Positions 1-59,569 are shown, numbered from the stretch's first letter. The stretch: DNA of 64,000 nucleotides from Amoebidium appalachense (GCA_963693365.1 CAVNZM010000010.1:4400159-4464158), one strand, 5' to 3'. Notes: generated from the letters alone by a model not told the origin. Numbers and translations are program-made.

Positions 1-47
1 TCTGTGCGTGTGCGTGTGCGTGTGCGTGTGCGTGCGTGTGCGTTGCC

Positions 48-81
<34 letters not shown>

Positions 82-171
82 TGCGTGTGGGTGGATGTGG
101 GTGTGTCTGTGTGTGTGTCTGTGTGTGTGTGTGTGTGTGTGGAATTGGGGGAGATGGGGGGGAGGCGACCA

Positions 172-17850
<17,679 letters not shown>

Positions 17851-18512
17851 GGTGGGTTGTGTGTAGGTTTTTCGAGAAAACTCTAGCGAAAAATGTTAAC
17901 TATGATAATGAGGACTCGTGCAAATATAGAAAACAAGGCTGCAGGGAAGCTCGAGGCATAGGTTGTGTTACAGTTGGCATTATGGAGACTCTCATAGATT
18001 GCCAATTACGGTTTGACTTGGTGTCGTGTTTCGTTTCCTACATAATGGTTACCTGGCTTTTCCCTGTATTTGTGTAGCGTTAACACTGGTCTTGTAAAGG
18101 AGTTTGAAATGCTAGGGTATTGACAGGCAGTTTGCCGACAAAATGAAAACAGAAAACCCCACTAGAGAGCTGTGAAAGGGAAGTGCCGATAAAAAGGACC
18201 AACAGAGAAAAAGCGAAAGGGAAGTGGTGCCGAGAATAAGAATAAGTAAACAGAGAAAAAAGGCAGGAGCAAAGTTTAAGGACGGTCCTTGTCAATGTCT
18301 GTGTTTGTTAATCCATGAGAGCGAGAGAGAGAGGGGGGCAGAGAAAAACGAAACGGAGAAAAAGAAAGAGAAAACGTGGTGGAAAAAAAAGAACCAACGA
18401 AGAGAATAAAAGTTTGCTTGACACGTATGTGGCTGTCAGAAGAGTTTTCCAGGACCCTTCGTTAAAGTATGCAGAATTTTGCTGAACTGATACTGGCCAT
18501 GGACAGAAGCAC

Positions 18513-18615
18513 AACCAAACCGAATTCCACGAGTCTAAATGTTGCCATAAATAGCAATTGCACTCAGCTTATCCAAGACCTTTCGGAACGTGGAATTGGG
18601 TTTTGTAAGCTTACC
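18513..18615 (-). promoter_or_regulatory. Conserved non-coding block ~660 bp upstream of the copy A ATG
   Basis: Closely matches 38461-38571. On the sense strand it starts with donor-like GTAAGC; contains CCATAAATAG (18545-18554) and nested complementary segments. Confidence 0.6.
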
Positions 18616-19533
18616 CCCCCCCCCCCCCCCCCCCCCTCCCCCCCCCCACACACACACCCCACCCCTTCCCAAACAAACAACAACCACAGCATCATTACAT
18701 TATTAATCAAATCAATAACAGTAATGATAATGGTAATGCCAACAAGAAGATAAAACAAAACACACAAAAAAAACTTCATCAGTACAGGTTCTACCTTCCA
18801 AGTCACACGATTCTTTGCACGTGAACAAGCAGTTGAAGGCCTCCGGTCTAATATTGGCAAAACACGTGACATCATCACAAGTGCAAAACCTGCAGACCGT
18901 GTGCTCAGATTTATTTGCTTCAAGTGTCTTTCTAGTGGTCTCCTGTTCTCCCCCCCCTCCCCCCGTCCTCCAAAACTTGCTGACAGACACACACACACAC
19001 ACACACTCTCTCTCGCTCTCCCTCCCCCCCCCCCCCCCCCCCCCCCCTCCCTCGCCCTCCCCTTCCCCCTCTCTCCCCCCCTTGCCCCCTCCCCGTTCCC
19101 CCCGTTCCCCTCTCCCCCCTCCCCTCCGCTCCCTCTCTCTCCCTTTCTCCTCCAAAACTTGCTGACAGACACACACACACTCTCTCTCTCTCTCGCTCTC
19201 CCCTCCCCCCCCCCCCCCCCCCCCCCCCCGCCGCCGCCTCCTCGCCCTCCCCTTCCCCCCCCTCTCTCCCCCCCCTCGCCCCCTCCCCGTTCCCCCCGTT
19301 CCCCCCCCCTCCCCCCTCCTCTCCGCTCCCTCTCTTTCCCCCTCTCCATCTCCCTCTTCCCCCTCTCCCTCCCTCTCTCGCGCGGTTTCTCCCTTCATCT
19401 CTTTCTCTTGACTTCAATTTACACATGATACCCCCCCCTCTCCCCCCCCCCCCCCCTCTCCCCCCGCCCTCCCCCCCAACACACACACACACCCCACACC
19501 TCTCTACCCGTCTCTCTCTCTCTCCCCCGCGGC

Positions 19534-19564
<31 letters not shown>

Positions 19565-20148
19565 TTCTTTCTTCCCTGACGTGTGTCCGACTGAAATGAG
19601 ATGTGGGAAGCCACCCACGACACATACACTAGTTTTGTTTCGTGCACCATGTGAGTACCCCGTCAGAGTTTTCAACTCTGTGGTGTGCTAAGGCTGGCAG
19701 TCGTCATAATATCCCCCCCCCCCCCCCCCTCCCCCTCCCCCCCCAAAGGCATGTAAAATTACCACGCATACGCGTGATTGCTCAAGTGTTGCGGTGCATA
19801 CGTTTACGGTAGGTACGTCCATATATTTGGATGTCCGGCAGTAGATATATGCCGGCACGGATGGGCTATCATTGTACATACGCATAGAGAAAAATCCAAA
19901 GCGCTAGCAATGTCTTGCCATGCACATTTTGGGGGGGGGGGGGGGGGAGGGGAGCATGAGCGAAGAAAAGAGTGGTATGAATGATTTGGCATGTGCAAGT
20001 CATAACCAGTCTATGTGTGGTATATGTATCATCCATGCATGCCCCGTACGGTGTCATGCGTGTGTGTATGTACTTGAGGTGCACTCGCCTTGTGTATGTT
20101 TGTGCACGTGCGTGCATATTGCGTGCACCCGCTTTGTGAGCATGGCTA

Positions 20149-20349
20149 CACACTATGGGGTGGTAAGAGCAAGAATCGTGTTTTGACGATATGGGAATGT
20201 GAGCCGGATGTCAAAAATTTGCCTCGATTTGATTGGTTCGGCATGTCAACCATTGAACCCAACCATTCAAATCGAGGCAGATTTCACCATGTGGCTCACA
20301 ACCCTATGTCGTCAAAACACGATTCTTGCTCTGACCACCCCATAGTGTG
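20149..20349. mobile_element. 201-bp MITE-like foldback element with CACACTATGG termini
   Basis: cacactatggggtggtaagagcaagaatcgtgttttgacga... pairs with ...tcgtcaaaacacgattcttgctctgaccaccccatagtgtg, and the symmetry continues inward to aatttgcctcgatttgattggtt / aaccattcaaatcgaggcagatt. No TSD seen. Confidence 0.7.
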
Positions 20350-20619
20350 CTCCCAGTATATTTCGGCACTACACTGGTGTGCAGACACGTGTATGGTATG
20401 TGGTGCACCTTCATAACACGACCGTTTCGAACACCAAAAATACATTATCTTTACTGGCACATTAAAATCTTGGTGAGATGACCCCAAGAACTCCAGGATC
20501 CCCCACCTCCCCCCCAGCTCATACAGACCACAAGAAGTAAAGCGACAAAAAAAAAAAAAAAAAAAAAATGAAGCTATATGAATATGCAGGGAGAGGGGGG
20601 AGAGAGGGGGTGGCAGGCA

Positions 20620-20659
<40 letters not shown>

Positions 20660-21571
20660 TCCGACTGCAGTGGCAAATCGGAGTTTCTCCTTGTTGTGTC
20701 TCGTGTTGCTGCACAGCCTTCGTTGAACTGATTGCCCCCCACTCATACTCGTTGGATGTAACACTGAGGGAAAGGAAAGACCGAATTAGAGGGGGGGGGG
20801 AGGGGGGGGGGATATGTGAGGATGGGAAGAAAGAGTGGCAGGGAGGAGCGGGGGGGGGGGGGGGGGGGGGGGGGGGACGAGGGGGGGAAATCCACGGAAG
20901 AAAAAATGGGCGGAAAGGGGGAAGAAAATGAGGGTGTGAGGCAGGGAAGAGGGATGACAAAGGGAAGAAAGCTAAGGAGGGAAAAATGGAAAGAGTATGC
21001 GATTTAATGATCAGAACAGCATTCAATACCCATACAGGGGTTTGGTCCGTATGAATGAGTGATTGTTTACTACGTAGATGTGTACGTGTGTACATGTGTG
21101 TGTTTGTGTGTGCACGTGCTTGTGCGCGACGCGTGTGTGTGCGTGCGTATTCACCTCGAGTGTGCTTGTGTGTGTGAGGTGGTGGTCAAGCAGCAATATA
21201 TGTACCCCAGCCTCAGGTAGCATGTGTTTTTTGATCATTGTATGTGGTATGTTGATTGAGACCAGGGGGAAAGCATTATCTTAATTCCATTTTTCGTGTA
21301 TACATGCCAGTGCGCTTGGATGTGTGGGTAGGCAGGTGTGTGGGTCTACTTACACTCATATGTGTTTGCATGCATGAATGCATGGATGGGCTCTGTGAAG
21401 TTTATTTCTTTATTTATTTATTTTTTTTTTGGGGGGGGGGGGGGAAGGGGAAGGGGAGATGCATGCGTGGTGTGTGTGGAAGGGGGGGGAGGTGGGGGGC
21501 AGGGGGGAGGGGGGAGGGGGGAGCGGGGGAGGTGGTTGGAGTTAGAGGGGAGATGGGAGGCAAACATACCA

Positions 21572-37886
<16,315 letters not shown>

Positions 37887-38460
37887 GGTGCATGTGTGCG
37901 GATATTTCGAGAAGCTTTGTAACGAAAAACGTTAACTAAGATAATGAAGCCAAGATTCCTGCAAATATAGATAAAAAATGCCTCACAAAGATGAGTTTTG
38001 GCTTGGTGATGGTTACTAATTGCTCTTCCCTGGATTTGTGAAGCAATTAAAAATGATTGTGTGAAGGAGTTTGACATGTCAGGGTACTGACAGGCAGTTT
38101 TCCGACAAAAAAAAAAACAGAAAAAGAAAGAAGAAAGCGTGGAACGGAAGTGCCGAGAAAGAAAACTAACCTGAGAGAAAAAAGGCAGGAGCATAAGTCT
38201 AAGAACAATCCTTGTCTATGTCTGTGTTTTTGTTAATCAAGGAGAACGAGATAGAGATATGGAGGGGAAGTGAGGGAGAGAGAAAAGAAATTTCATGAAG
38301 AAAGAGAGAGAGCAAATGTGGAGGAAAAAAGACGACCAACAAAGAAAATAAAAGAGTTTGGTTGTCACGTGTGTAGTGTAGCAGTCAGATGAACTTTCCC
38401 AGAACCTTCAAAAAAGCAGAATTTTGCTTGACTGATACAGGGCATGGAAACGGCTAGCAT

Positions 38461-38571
38461 AACCAAACCAAATTCCACGAGTCTAAATGTTGCTATAAAT
38501 AGCAATGCCTCTGGCACCTCAGCTTATCCAAGACCTTTCGGGACGTGGCATCGGGTTTTGTAAGCTTACCC
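38461..38571 (-). promoter_or_regulatory. Conserved non-coding block upstream of copy B, containing a CTATAAATAG (MEF2-type MADS-box consensus) palindrome
   Basis: Homologous to 18513-18615; ttgctataaatagcaa at ~38490-38505. Confidence 0.6.
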
Positions 38572-38951
38572 TAAGGCTTCCTGCACCCTCACCCAACCAA
38601 AAAAACAACTTTGAATAACAACAACAACAATGATAATAATAATAATAATAAATAATAAAGCAAAGCACATTAAAAGGCATTACATAGGGGCCAAAAGAAT
38701 CAACTTGGGCTCCCATCACACCCTTTCGTTCCCCTTCCCAAGGCGCACGATTTTTTCCCGTTCACAAACAGCCAACAGGTATCCGATTTATTTTTGGCAA
38801 GCCAAGTGACATCATCACAAGTGCACGATACACAGATCGTGTTCTCAGATTTAGTTTGAATAGATCCTCCTCCCCCCTCCCCCCTCCCCCCTCCTCCCCC
38901 ACGCATATCATATATTACATATCTGTCTGTCCCGATGTCTCTCTGTCTGAG

Positions 38952-38952
<1 letters not shown>

Positions 38953-39012
<60 letters not shown>

Positions 39013-39017
39013 GTCTG

Positions 39018-39049
<32 letters not shown>

Positions 39050-39137
39050 CCTCTTCCTCTCCCTCCCTCTCCCTCTCTCTCTCCCTCTCTCTCTCTCTCT
39101 CTCCCCCTCTCTCCTCTCACTCTCTCTCTCCCCCCAC

Positions 39138-39225
<88 letters not shown>
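38953..39225. repeat. (CT)n compound microsatellite
   Basis: Direct sequence. Confidence 0.95.
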
Positions 39226-39909
39226 TGCTTTCCCCCTTCATTTTCTTCTCTTCTTCTCTCCTACTTCAATTTACACACAATGACCATATACGGAAGGCTT
39301 CCATACAAGATGATACTTATCCTAGTCGTATGTGTACAAGCTGGATGTCCGATCAAAGTTTCAACGTTAACAAAACACGCCATATCTTCTCAACTCTCAA
39401 CCTTTTCTTTCATCTAAATAATGATTTCTTATAGCTTTGATTTCTTCGTCGGATCAGTCAGCTCTTTGTGTCTTCAATGCTCTCTCACCCAGTTTAACAC
39501 GTCATAGTGAGACACCACACATGCCATATCACAAGTGACTACCCATCCCTTCCTCGGAAGGACAACCGACACACCTACGGTAAAAGAGTTACTTAATAAA
39601 TGACTATAAAAACGTGCCTACATAAACAGCTAACAGTAGCTCAATAAGACCCAAAGACTACCGCACACCCCCAGAAATTTCTGTGGTCGAAAAAGGCGAC
39701 AGAATCCTGTCATTTTTTTATGACGACATGTTGCTCTGTTAATCTTCCTCGCCCCCCAAGGCATACGTGCTTCTCTCGTATTTCCATTCAGCCATTTCTG
39801 TACCCACTTTGTAATTTTTGATTGTCTAACTTTCCGCTTAAAGCTTCCCACTTCTCGTACACAATATTCTTGCCACCCTTAGCCCCCTCTTTCCATCCCA
39901 CTTCTCCCT

Positions 39910-39944
<35 letters not shown>

Positions 39945-40008
39945 CCTCCCCCTCTCCCCCCCCCATCCGTCTTCTCCCGTTCCCAAATGCCCCTCCTACC
40001 CTCCTCCA

Positions 40009-40043
<35 letters not shown>

Positions 40044-40427
40044 TGCTGATTACTCCTCCACCAAGAATCGACCACAGAACCCTCAAGCCCACAACCACAA
40101 TCGCACGGTCTGGCACGTTCTAACAAAGTGCAACACACAGGCAATCCATCCGCACTTAACCCTAACACACACCGAGATCCCAGGAGTCACATGTTTGGAA
40201 CCAATACGAGATTCGGGTTTGGTGAACCAACCACAAGCCGTGTGCCCACCAATTCGACCCTGAACCCTCCCTCCCCTCCCCCCCCCCCCCCCCCCCCCCC
40301 TTCCCCTCCCACCCCCCTTTTTTTCGTTGTCCAAATTGCCCCGTTGGGCAGAGTGCATCTTCTATGAAGCCCCCCCCCCCCCCCCCCCCCCTGCCCCCCT
40401 CCCCCCCCCCCCCCCACCACCACCACC

Positions 40428-40461
<34 letters not shown>

Positions 40462-40695
40462 ACCCACACCAAAAAAAAAAAAAAAAAAAAATAGAATTCA
40501 GAGGGCTTATGATTACAGGAAAACTATTCGGGTGAGGGGGAACTAGTGTTGGGGGGGAGGGGATGCTACCATTTATTCATGATAGTTGGAGGAGGTCGTG
40601 TGCGTGGATGTGGGGTGTATGGATGGGGAGGTTCTTCTTGCTTAATGGGTGTGGGGGGTGTGGATGGGGGAATTCTTCTTGCTAACCCACAGGTT

Positions 40696-40729
<34 letters not shown>

Positions 40730-41471
40730 ACACACACACACACACACAAAAAAAAGCCCGCTTGTCACCGCCCCTCACGATGTTCTTCCCCGGCTTTTAG
40801 AAAGCCACCCAATCAGAAAACAGCAGCGCCGATAATCCTTCCCCCCTTCCCCCATGTGTGCCCCCCCTCCCCCCCCCCCCCCGTGCCCCCCTCCCCCCGC
40901 TCCCCCCTCCCCCCCCTAACACACACACACACACACACACACACAACCACCGCATCATCACCACCACCACCACCAAGACAGTAATTTAAAGACTCTGTGT
41001 TAATCGTTGTGCTTTAAATTAAACCATGCGAAAAGTTAAGCAGCTGCCAAGTCGCGCCCCACGCAAGAAACGAGCCATAATCATGGCCAGGAAAGATTAA
41101 AAGTGGATGAACTCCTTTTGCTTCACATGAGGTGCCCCCTTTCCCCTCGGCCATTCCCCAAAACACACATACTGGTTGAACTTTGCTCCATCCTCTAACA
41201 TTCCCACAGAGCTCCGTGGGCGGTGTTTTTTTTTTTTTTTTTTTTTGTGGGGGGGGAGGGGGAGGGGAGGGGGGGGGAGGGGGGGGGGGGGAGGGGGAAG
41301 GGGGGGTAGGGAGGTATGTAGTATGCCTGTCGGAGAGCAGCTTTGCAGCAAAACCTCTGCTCAGGAAATTATAACGCTTGGCATTGTTTACGGTGATCCA
41401 GTCTCCCGTGACTCCCCTATTTAATCTCGCAACCTCTCTCTCCCTCCCCCCCTTCCCCCCCCTCTCCCCCC

Positions 41472-41506
<35 letters not shown>

Positions 41507-42542
41507 CCAACACACACACACACACGACCGCTGCCACCACACCACCCTGCCAAGGTACGCACTTTCCACACTAATTCCATAGACGACTCGGTATATGGGA
41601 ATGTTTATTCTTGTGTGGAAAGCCAGGGGCAGGTTCTCTCTTTTACCCTTTCCTTGCTTGTTTCGAATAGCTTCCTACCTTCTCGCCTCCCTCCTTCGCG
41701 TTTCCATTCCCTGCCTTCTCCCACTATTACCCCCGAAGCTCTATCGTTTTATACACATCTATCCAAGTCTCTCTCAGAAGTTCAAAATCTCTTTCTCAAT
41801 ATTTTCCTTTAACTTCGGAACCTCCCCCTCCTCTCTGCCAGCCCTCTCCAACTCCCGGCCCCCCTCCCCTTCGGTCCCCCTCCCACCCCCCCACCCCCCC
41901 CTCTCCCTTCTCCGTCTCCCGCCCCTTCGCCCCCCCACCCATAGTTTCTAACTTGCTTATCTTGACTTACAGGAGGAATCCAGAGAACTTGAGACGGAGC
42001 GACGAGAGGAGAGCCTAAGGATTCTCTGGAGTCTTACACACATGCGGCACGACGACTGAAGCGTCCCGCCATTTGCTTTCACACTATGAATTGCCTGCTA
42101 ATGTTACGCAAGTCGTTCACTTTCAACTACTCAAACTCTGAGAATTATTTAGAGAGACTGACAGAAGAGAGAGAGACTGGCTGTCAGCTGTCAGCTACAG
42201 GTGTGTTCGATAGGTGATCTTTAGTTCGTGTGCGCAGCCAAAAGGGGAAAGAGAGTTTTGTATGTGTGATTATGCAAAGAGAAGAGCAGCGGTTTGTGGT
42301 GATTTTATTTTATGACAGTGAACATTCTCTGCTTGCAATATGAAGACGTGTGCTCCATTTTACCCTGAGGCTGTGTTCTTCACCCTCCACATACTGGCTT
42401 AGACTGCCTCGACTAACTCGCTCTGACTGGCTGAGTGACGTGCATTCCAGTGGAAGCAGTTTCATTAAATCATTAGCCTAAAAAGGTTATTACTTGGATT
42501 TACGCAAACTCTCGTTAGTGTTTCATTGGCTATTGAAAGGAA

Positions 42543-42592
42543 GGGGCGGGAACACGCGTGTCACGGCCCTCTGAAAAGGGCCGTGCGCGTGT
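42543..42592. promoter_or_regulatory. GC-box followed by a GC-rich hairpin upstream of BCS1
   Basis: ggggcggg then acacgcg-tgt-cacggccct-ctgaaa-agggccgtg-cgcgtgt, ~370 bp upstream of the BCS1 ATG. Confidence 0.35.
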
Positions 42593-42957
42593 GCTTGAAA
42601 GCCACTTGCGCATGCATGGCCACTTGATCATGAGTTGTAGCGAGTGTCCTTTTTCTCCTTCGTCTGAGCCGCATGATATGCTTGGCTCTCTTGCAGTGTC
42701 TTTAGTAGGCCCTGAGCAGTTAGTAGGATATCCACCACGTTAGAATCTTTTTTTTCTGATTGGATCTCCAGTTGGACTTTTTTCAGTAACGGACTGAGTT
42801 TAATTGGGGCACACCTTGGCGACCACTACATCCGTTCAATTGAAAACGTGAAAGCGAAGCCAAGCCCTGTAAATAGGCGTTGTTTCATAACCTGTGCTCT
42901 GAGATAGGCAAAGACACATGCTGTTACTTCCTGGGTTGTCTGTAAATATCAGCCAAG

Positions 42958-51363
<8,406 letters not shown>

Positions 51364-51679
51364 GCGGGTGTGTTGGACAATTTTGTTGTTGTTGTTTTTT
51401 TTGTTTTTTTGGCTTTGGTTTTGTTTTGTTTTGGTTTGTTTGTTTGTTTGTAATTTGTGTTCGTGGTGAAAACTTACAGTGACCATTGCGTTGGTGATGG
51501 CCCATGGTGTGTATTTAGTTTTATATACATAAATAGAAATCATAGCACGGTATGGGACGTGTGTATGGTGATGACGAATGTTAATTCTGGCACAGAATTG
51601 AAGCTGAATTGTGCAGTCAAGATAAGCTTAGGCTACGTATGTCACCGTATGTCAGGCTCTACGCGCACACACACGCACG

Positions 51680-51732
<53 letters not shown>

Positions 51733-52171
51733 GCACGCACGCGCACGCACGCGCGCGCGCGCACACACACACACACACACGCACACGTACAAACACACAA
51801 GCACACACAATATATACATTTGCATCAAAGGGAATACTGTCATGTGCATGTATGCACGGCCCTCTCAGGTCTAATTTTGACCAACCATATACGAGTATAC
51901 TCTTTCTCTTGCCTCCAAAGTATGCAGTGCATACTTACACCTTCATCGGCTGAATAAATCCACTCATGCTATTTTTATAACCAGTGTCGACATCGGCATA
52001 TATGCCATTTGAGATATGCCTCAAACTAGTATATTAAAAAAATGCTCTCGTCTGACATGACGGCCCTCCACAACATAACTGAATTCTCGCATCTGATATG
52101 ACAGATTATTCAAACTCTGTGTTATATACAGAATTCGTGTGTATACGTGGGTATTACTTTTGCATAAACCG

Positions 52172-52206
<35 letters not shown>

Positions 52207-52556
52207 TTCCCCTCCCCCCGCGGCCCCAGTGGCACCCCCCCACCCCACCCCACCCTCCACTCACACCCCGCCCCACCCGGGATACCATAAATGTATACGA
52301 TCCTCATTTTTTTTTGCCCCTACCGGAGTTGATCCCTTCAAGATAATCAGCCATAAAGAACAACTACGCTTCTTCAGATACTAGCACACTGTCAGAACAT
52401 ATATTTGACAAGTAGATTGTTGGAAGTCGGCCTCTGCAAGCAGATGTCGGTAGAAGGCTGCGCTCCCTTTAAAAGCAATGTGCAGGGCCGTCTCTGCAAT
52501 CCTCCTGTGAAGAAACGGGTGCCTCTCTATTTGTGTATGTGGGTGTGTGTTTGTAC

Positions 52557-52593
<37 letters not shown>

Positions 52594-52861
52594 ACGATGT
52601 GTGCATGTATGTGTGTGTGTGTGTGTGTGTGTACGTGTGTCTGTGTGTGTCTGTGTGTGTACATGTGTGTGTGTGTCAGAATGTGTACATCTGTGTGTGT
52701 GTGTGTGTACATGTGTGTGTACATATGTAATGTGTGTGTGTGTGTGTGTGTGTGTGTGTCGCGAGTTGGGGGTTTTGCAGGGAAGTTGAGAAAGGGAGTT
52801 AACACATTCCATACGTATATATACATACACTTCATGGTTTCACTGATGACGGCCAGCTTAC

Positions 52862-52931
52862 GGCTTCTTATGTGAAAAGCGAGATTGTCCGTTTTTGGCT
52901 TCTTATGTGAAAAGCAGATTGTCCGTTTTTG
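52862..52931. repeat. ~35-bp tandem duplication
   Basis: ggcttcttatgtgaaaagc(g)agattgtccgttttt occurs twice. Confidence 0.9.
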
Positions 52932-53459
52932 TGCATGTGACTGCAGCAGGCACAGAGGCAAGAGTCCAGAAGGGGGAGGGGAGGGGGGGGGAGGTAAATT
53001 GGATGTATTATAGTTAATCGTTTTATTTTTATTTTTTATTTTTATTTTGGCGGGCGGGGGGGGGGGGGGGGGGGGGTTCTGCAGCCATTCTACTTCACAA
53101 GTGCATTGCTTCTAATCTCAATCGGAGTCGGCGTCATCACCTTCACCTTCACTCTCGTCTCTTGGAGGTTGCTGGGCAGTTGCCTGTTTGGAATCGAACA
53201 AAACAATAGAAACGAGTCAGAAAACTGAATAGGGGGAGGGGAAGGCGAGGAAGGAGGAGAAGGGGCTAATTCTGCCACAGAAACAACGTAATCGAAAACT
53301 TGGGATGGTTTAGGAAAGGCCTCTTCAACGGTAAAGAAAATGGTTTCGTAGGGGGTGGGGAGGGGGTGGGGGAGGGGCGAGGGGGGAGAGGGGATGTGGG
53401 GAAATGCATTGTCAGCCACTCACTCACCCTTCTCCAGGTGCACACACACACACACACGC

Positions 53460-56692
<3,233 letters not shown>

Positions 56693-58226
56693 TTGTAGGT
56701 TGGACACGAAAAGGCAGAAAAATCATCAACATTTATTGTACTTTTCTGTTTTTCATGACTCGATGATGAACCCACGGGGCAGGTTGGGGGGGGAGGGGGG
56801 GGGGGGAAGGGGGGGGGGGGGGGGGGGGTGTGAAGGAGGAAAGGGGGGGGGGGAGGGAAAGGGGGCAGAAGGAGTCAGATGTGGGATGTAACATGTTGGT
56901 AGCCAATGTGTGGTTGGGATGCTAGGTTCGACAAAGCATCGGACAGACGAGTAGAATAGGCGGAATTTGTAGAGAAAGCCAGACTGTTTGCCGTGGGGAA
57001 GGGGAGGGGAGGGGAAGGGGGGGGTTTGAATAACAGCGTCATGGTATGGGCTGGCACCAAGAAGCAAACAGCTCACCTCACACCTACCCACTGCATGCAG
57101 TGCTTGATAGTGTTCATATGCGGCCGCGTAGTTGCTTTTGACTCTTTCCTCCACCGAGGTCGAGGATGAAATCTCCAAGGGGGAAATGTCTGGGGCGTAG
57201 TTATAGTCGGGCATGGATGATGGATAATGCGGGGTTTGCTGATGTTTTTTGCTGGCTGGATCAGGTGCATGAGGGGCAGCCTCCTGATATGAACAGTGTA
57301 GGTGTTAGCAAGGGATCCTGATATGTGAGAGTGAAAGATGTTATTGAGGGAGCTGATATGTAAGAGGGGGATGCCAATTACAAGAAGGAGGTGCTTGTGA
57401 GGGATTTCTGATGATCGACATGCACATGCATGCAATGGGGATACAATGTGTGAACCGGCAAGGACAGAGGGGGACAAAGGGCGACAGGACGAACGGAGCA
57501 GGTTGCATTGATTGGAGAGATGGAAGAACAGATGGGGGAGGGGCCTCTATGGAAGGTAGAAAGGGGGGGAAGGAGGGGGGGGGGAGGGGGAGGGCAAATA
57601 GAAGGTGAAAAAAGGGGTGAGGGGGGGCAGGAGGGGGGGGGGGGGGAGACGGCGGCACCCGGATGGTAGCGAAAGGGGCGGCTATGGGGGGGCCCCGGGG
57701 GGGGGGCAGGATGAGCTTTAAGGGTCATAGGATGGTGGTGATATAAAAAACGGGATGGGGTGGGTGGAGGGGCAGGGAGGGGGGGGGGGGGGGGGGGAGA
57801 AGGGGAGGGGGGGGGGGGGGGTCACTTGCTCTATAGCGGCGGTGTGGTGCACGTTTGCACCAGTGGAGTAATAATGGCCAGCCGGGTGGCCCACTCTGTC
57901 GTTTTGCGCAAAAGGGCAATGACGTCATCATGCCCCTTGTAGGTTCGGGCCAGGTCCATAAAGTTTAGCTGGATCGTGCGCTGTCCTTCCTGGGTAGAAG
58001 GGCCCCTAGAGGGAAGGGAATGGGTGTGAGTTTCAAATAAATGCTGCATGAGCTTTGCTTGTATGATATATCCCCCCCCCTTCCCCCCGGCCCTCCCCTC
58101 CCCCCCACAAAAAAAAAATCATTGAAAAAAAATGCTATAATAGGAATAAAAATGAAAAGACAACATAGCACCCGTGAAATTTTTTCCAACAAAAAAATCT
58201 TTGCAAAACAAACAAAAGAAAAAAAG

Positions 58227-58261
<35 letters not shown>

Positions 58262-58737
58262 GGGACCCAATTGATTGATTTCTTCTTGGTTTGTACGATA
58301 TTTCGTGGACAAGGAAAACCTTGATATAAAATAATCACTCGACCTCCAAGTACATGATCATGATATAACACTGAGGGGATATACCAAGTAAACAGTATAA
58401 ACCCACAGGCCCTTCGCCATGCGTTGTGTTGTGCTCACAAACATCCCCAGTTAGAACAGGGTATTGCAAATCTAGAGAATAACGTGCTCTTATAACCGGT
58501 ATTTGGGCAAGAAAAAGCATGGTAAATCATGCGAGAGAGGGGGAAAAAAAAAAAGAAAAAAAATGGAGTATCCCACGATATCTGCATATACAAACAGGTT
58601 ATGGGTGTTGCTCGGTGTGTTGCTCATTGCGCCCGCTTGAAATCATGCATCCGTTAGAAAACGCTTATTCATGTATTCGTCAGAAAAGAAAACCTTGTTC
58701 ATGTATTGAATGGTGTGGCGTGTGTGTGTGTGCCTGG

Positions 58738-58819
<82 letters not shown>

Positions 58820-59221
58820 ATGTGTGTGTCTGTGTGTGTGTACGACGGTCTATCTCTGTAGAATCTGTGTGTGTGTCCCGGGGGGGGGGGGGGGGGGGGG
58901 GGGGGAGAAAGTGGGGTATGTGTGTGTGTGTGGCGGAGGAGGGGGAGGCGGGAGGGGGGAAGGGGGGGGGGGGGGGGGAAGAGGATGACTCACTGGATTC
59001 CATCCACAAAGGCTTGGGCACGGCCGACCTCCTCGAAGGACATATTTGGTCCCCCCATCATCAGGCGCTGGCGCATTCCATTCGTTCTGTCAGCCAATAG
59101 GGTGGCTAGATCACCTTGCAGCCTCTCCATCATTCCCACAAGAAACTGCTGCCCAGCCACAAGGAACGAATCCTGTGTGTGTGTGTGTGTGTGTGTGCGT
59201 GTGTGTGTGTGTGTGTGTGTC

Positions 59222-59305
<84 letters not shown>

Positions 59306-59457
59306 TGTCTGCGTGTGTGTGTGTCTGTGGGTGTGCGAGCGCGTGTGTTTGTGTGCATGTCTGTGCTTGTGAAATTGTGTGTGTGCCAATGCGCGCGCGC
59401 GGTGGGTGTGTGTGGGTAAGTGGGTGTATGTGTTTGTGTTGGTCACACACACACACA

Positions 59458-59551
<94 letters not shown>

Positions 59552-59569
59552 GTGGGTGTGTGTATGTGT

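Noticed and set aside
18513-18615. TPP riboswitch or C/D snoRNA (cttggataagctgag; upstream gtgatga)
   Set aside because: TPP motif order and P2-P4 elements do not match, and the box C- and box D-like motifs are ~300 nt apart across non-conserved sequence.
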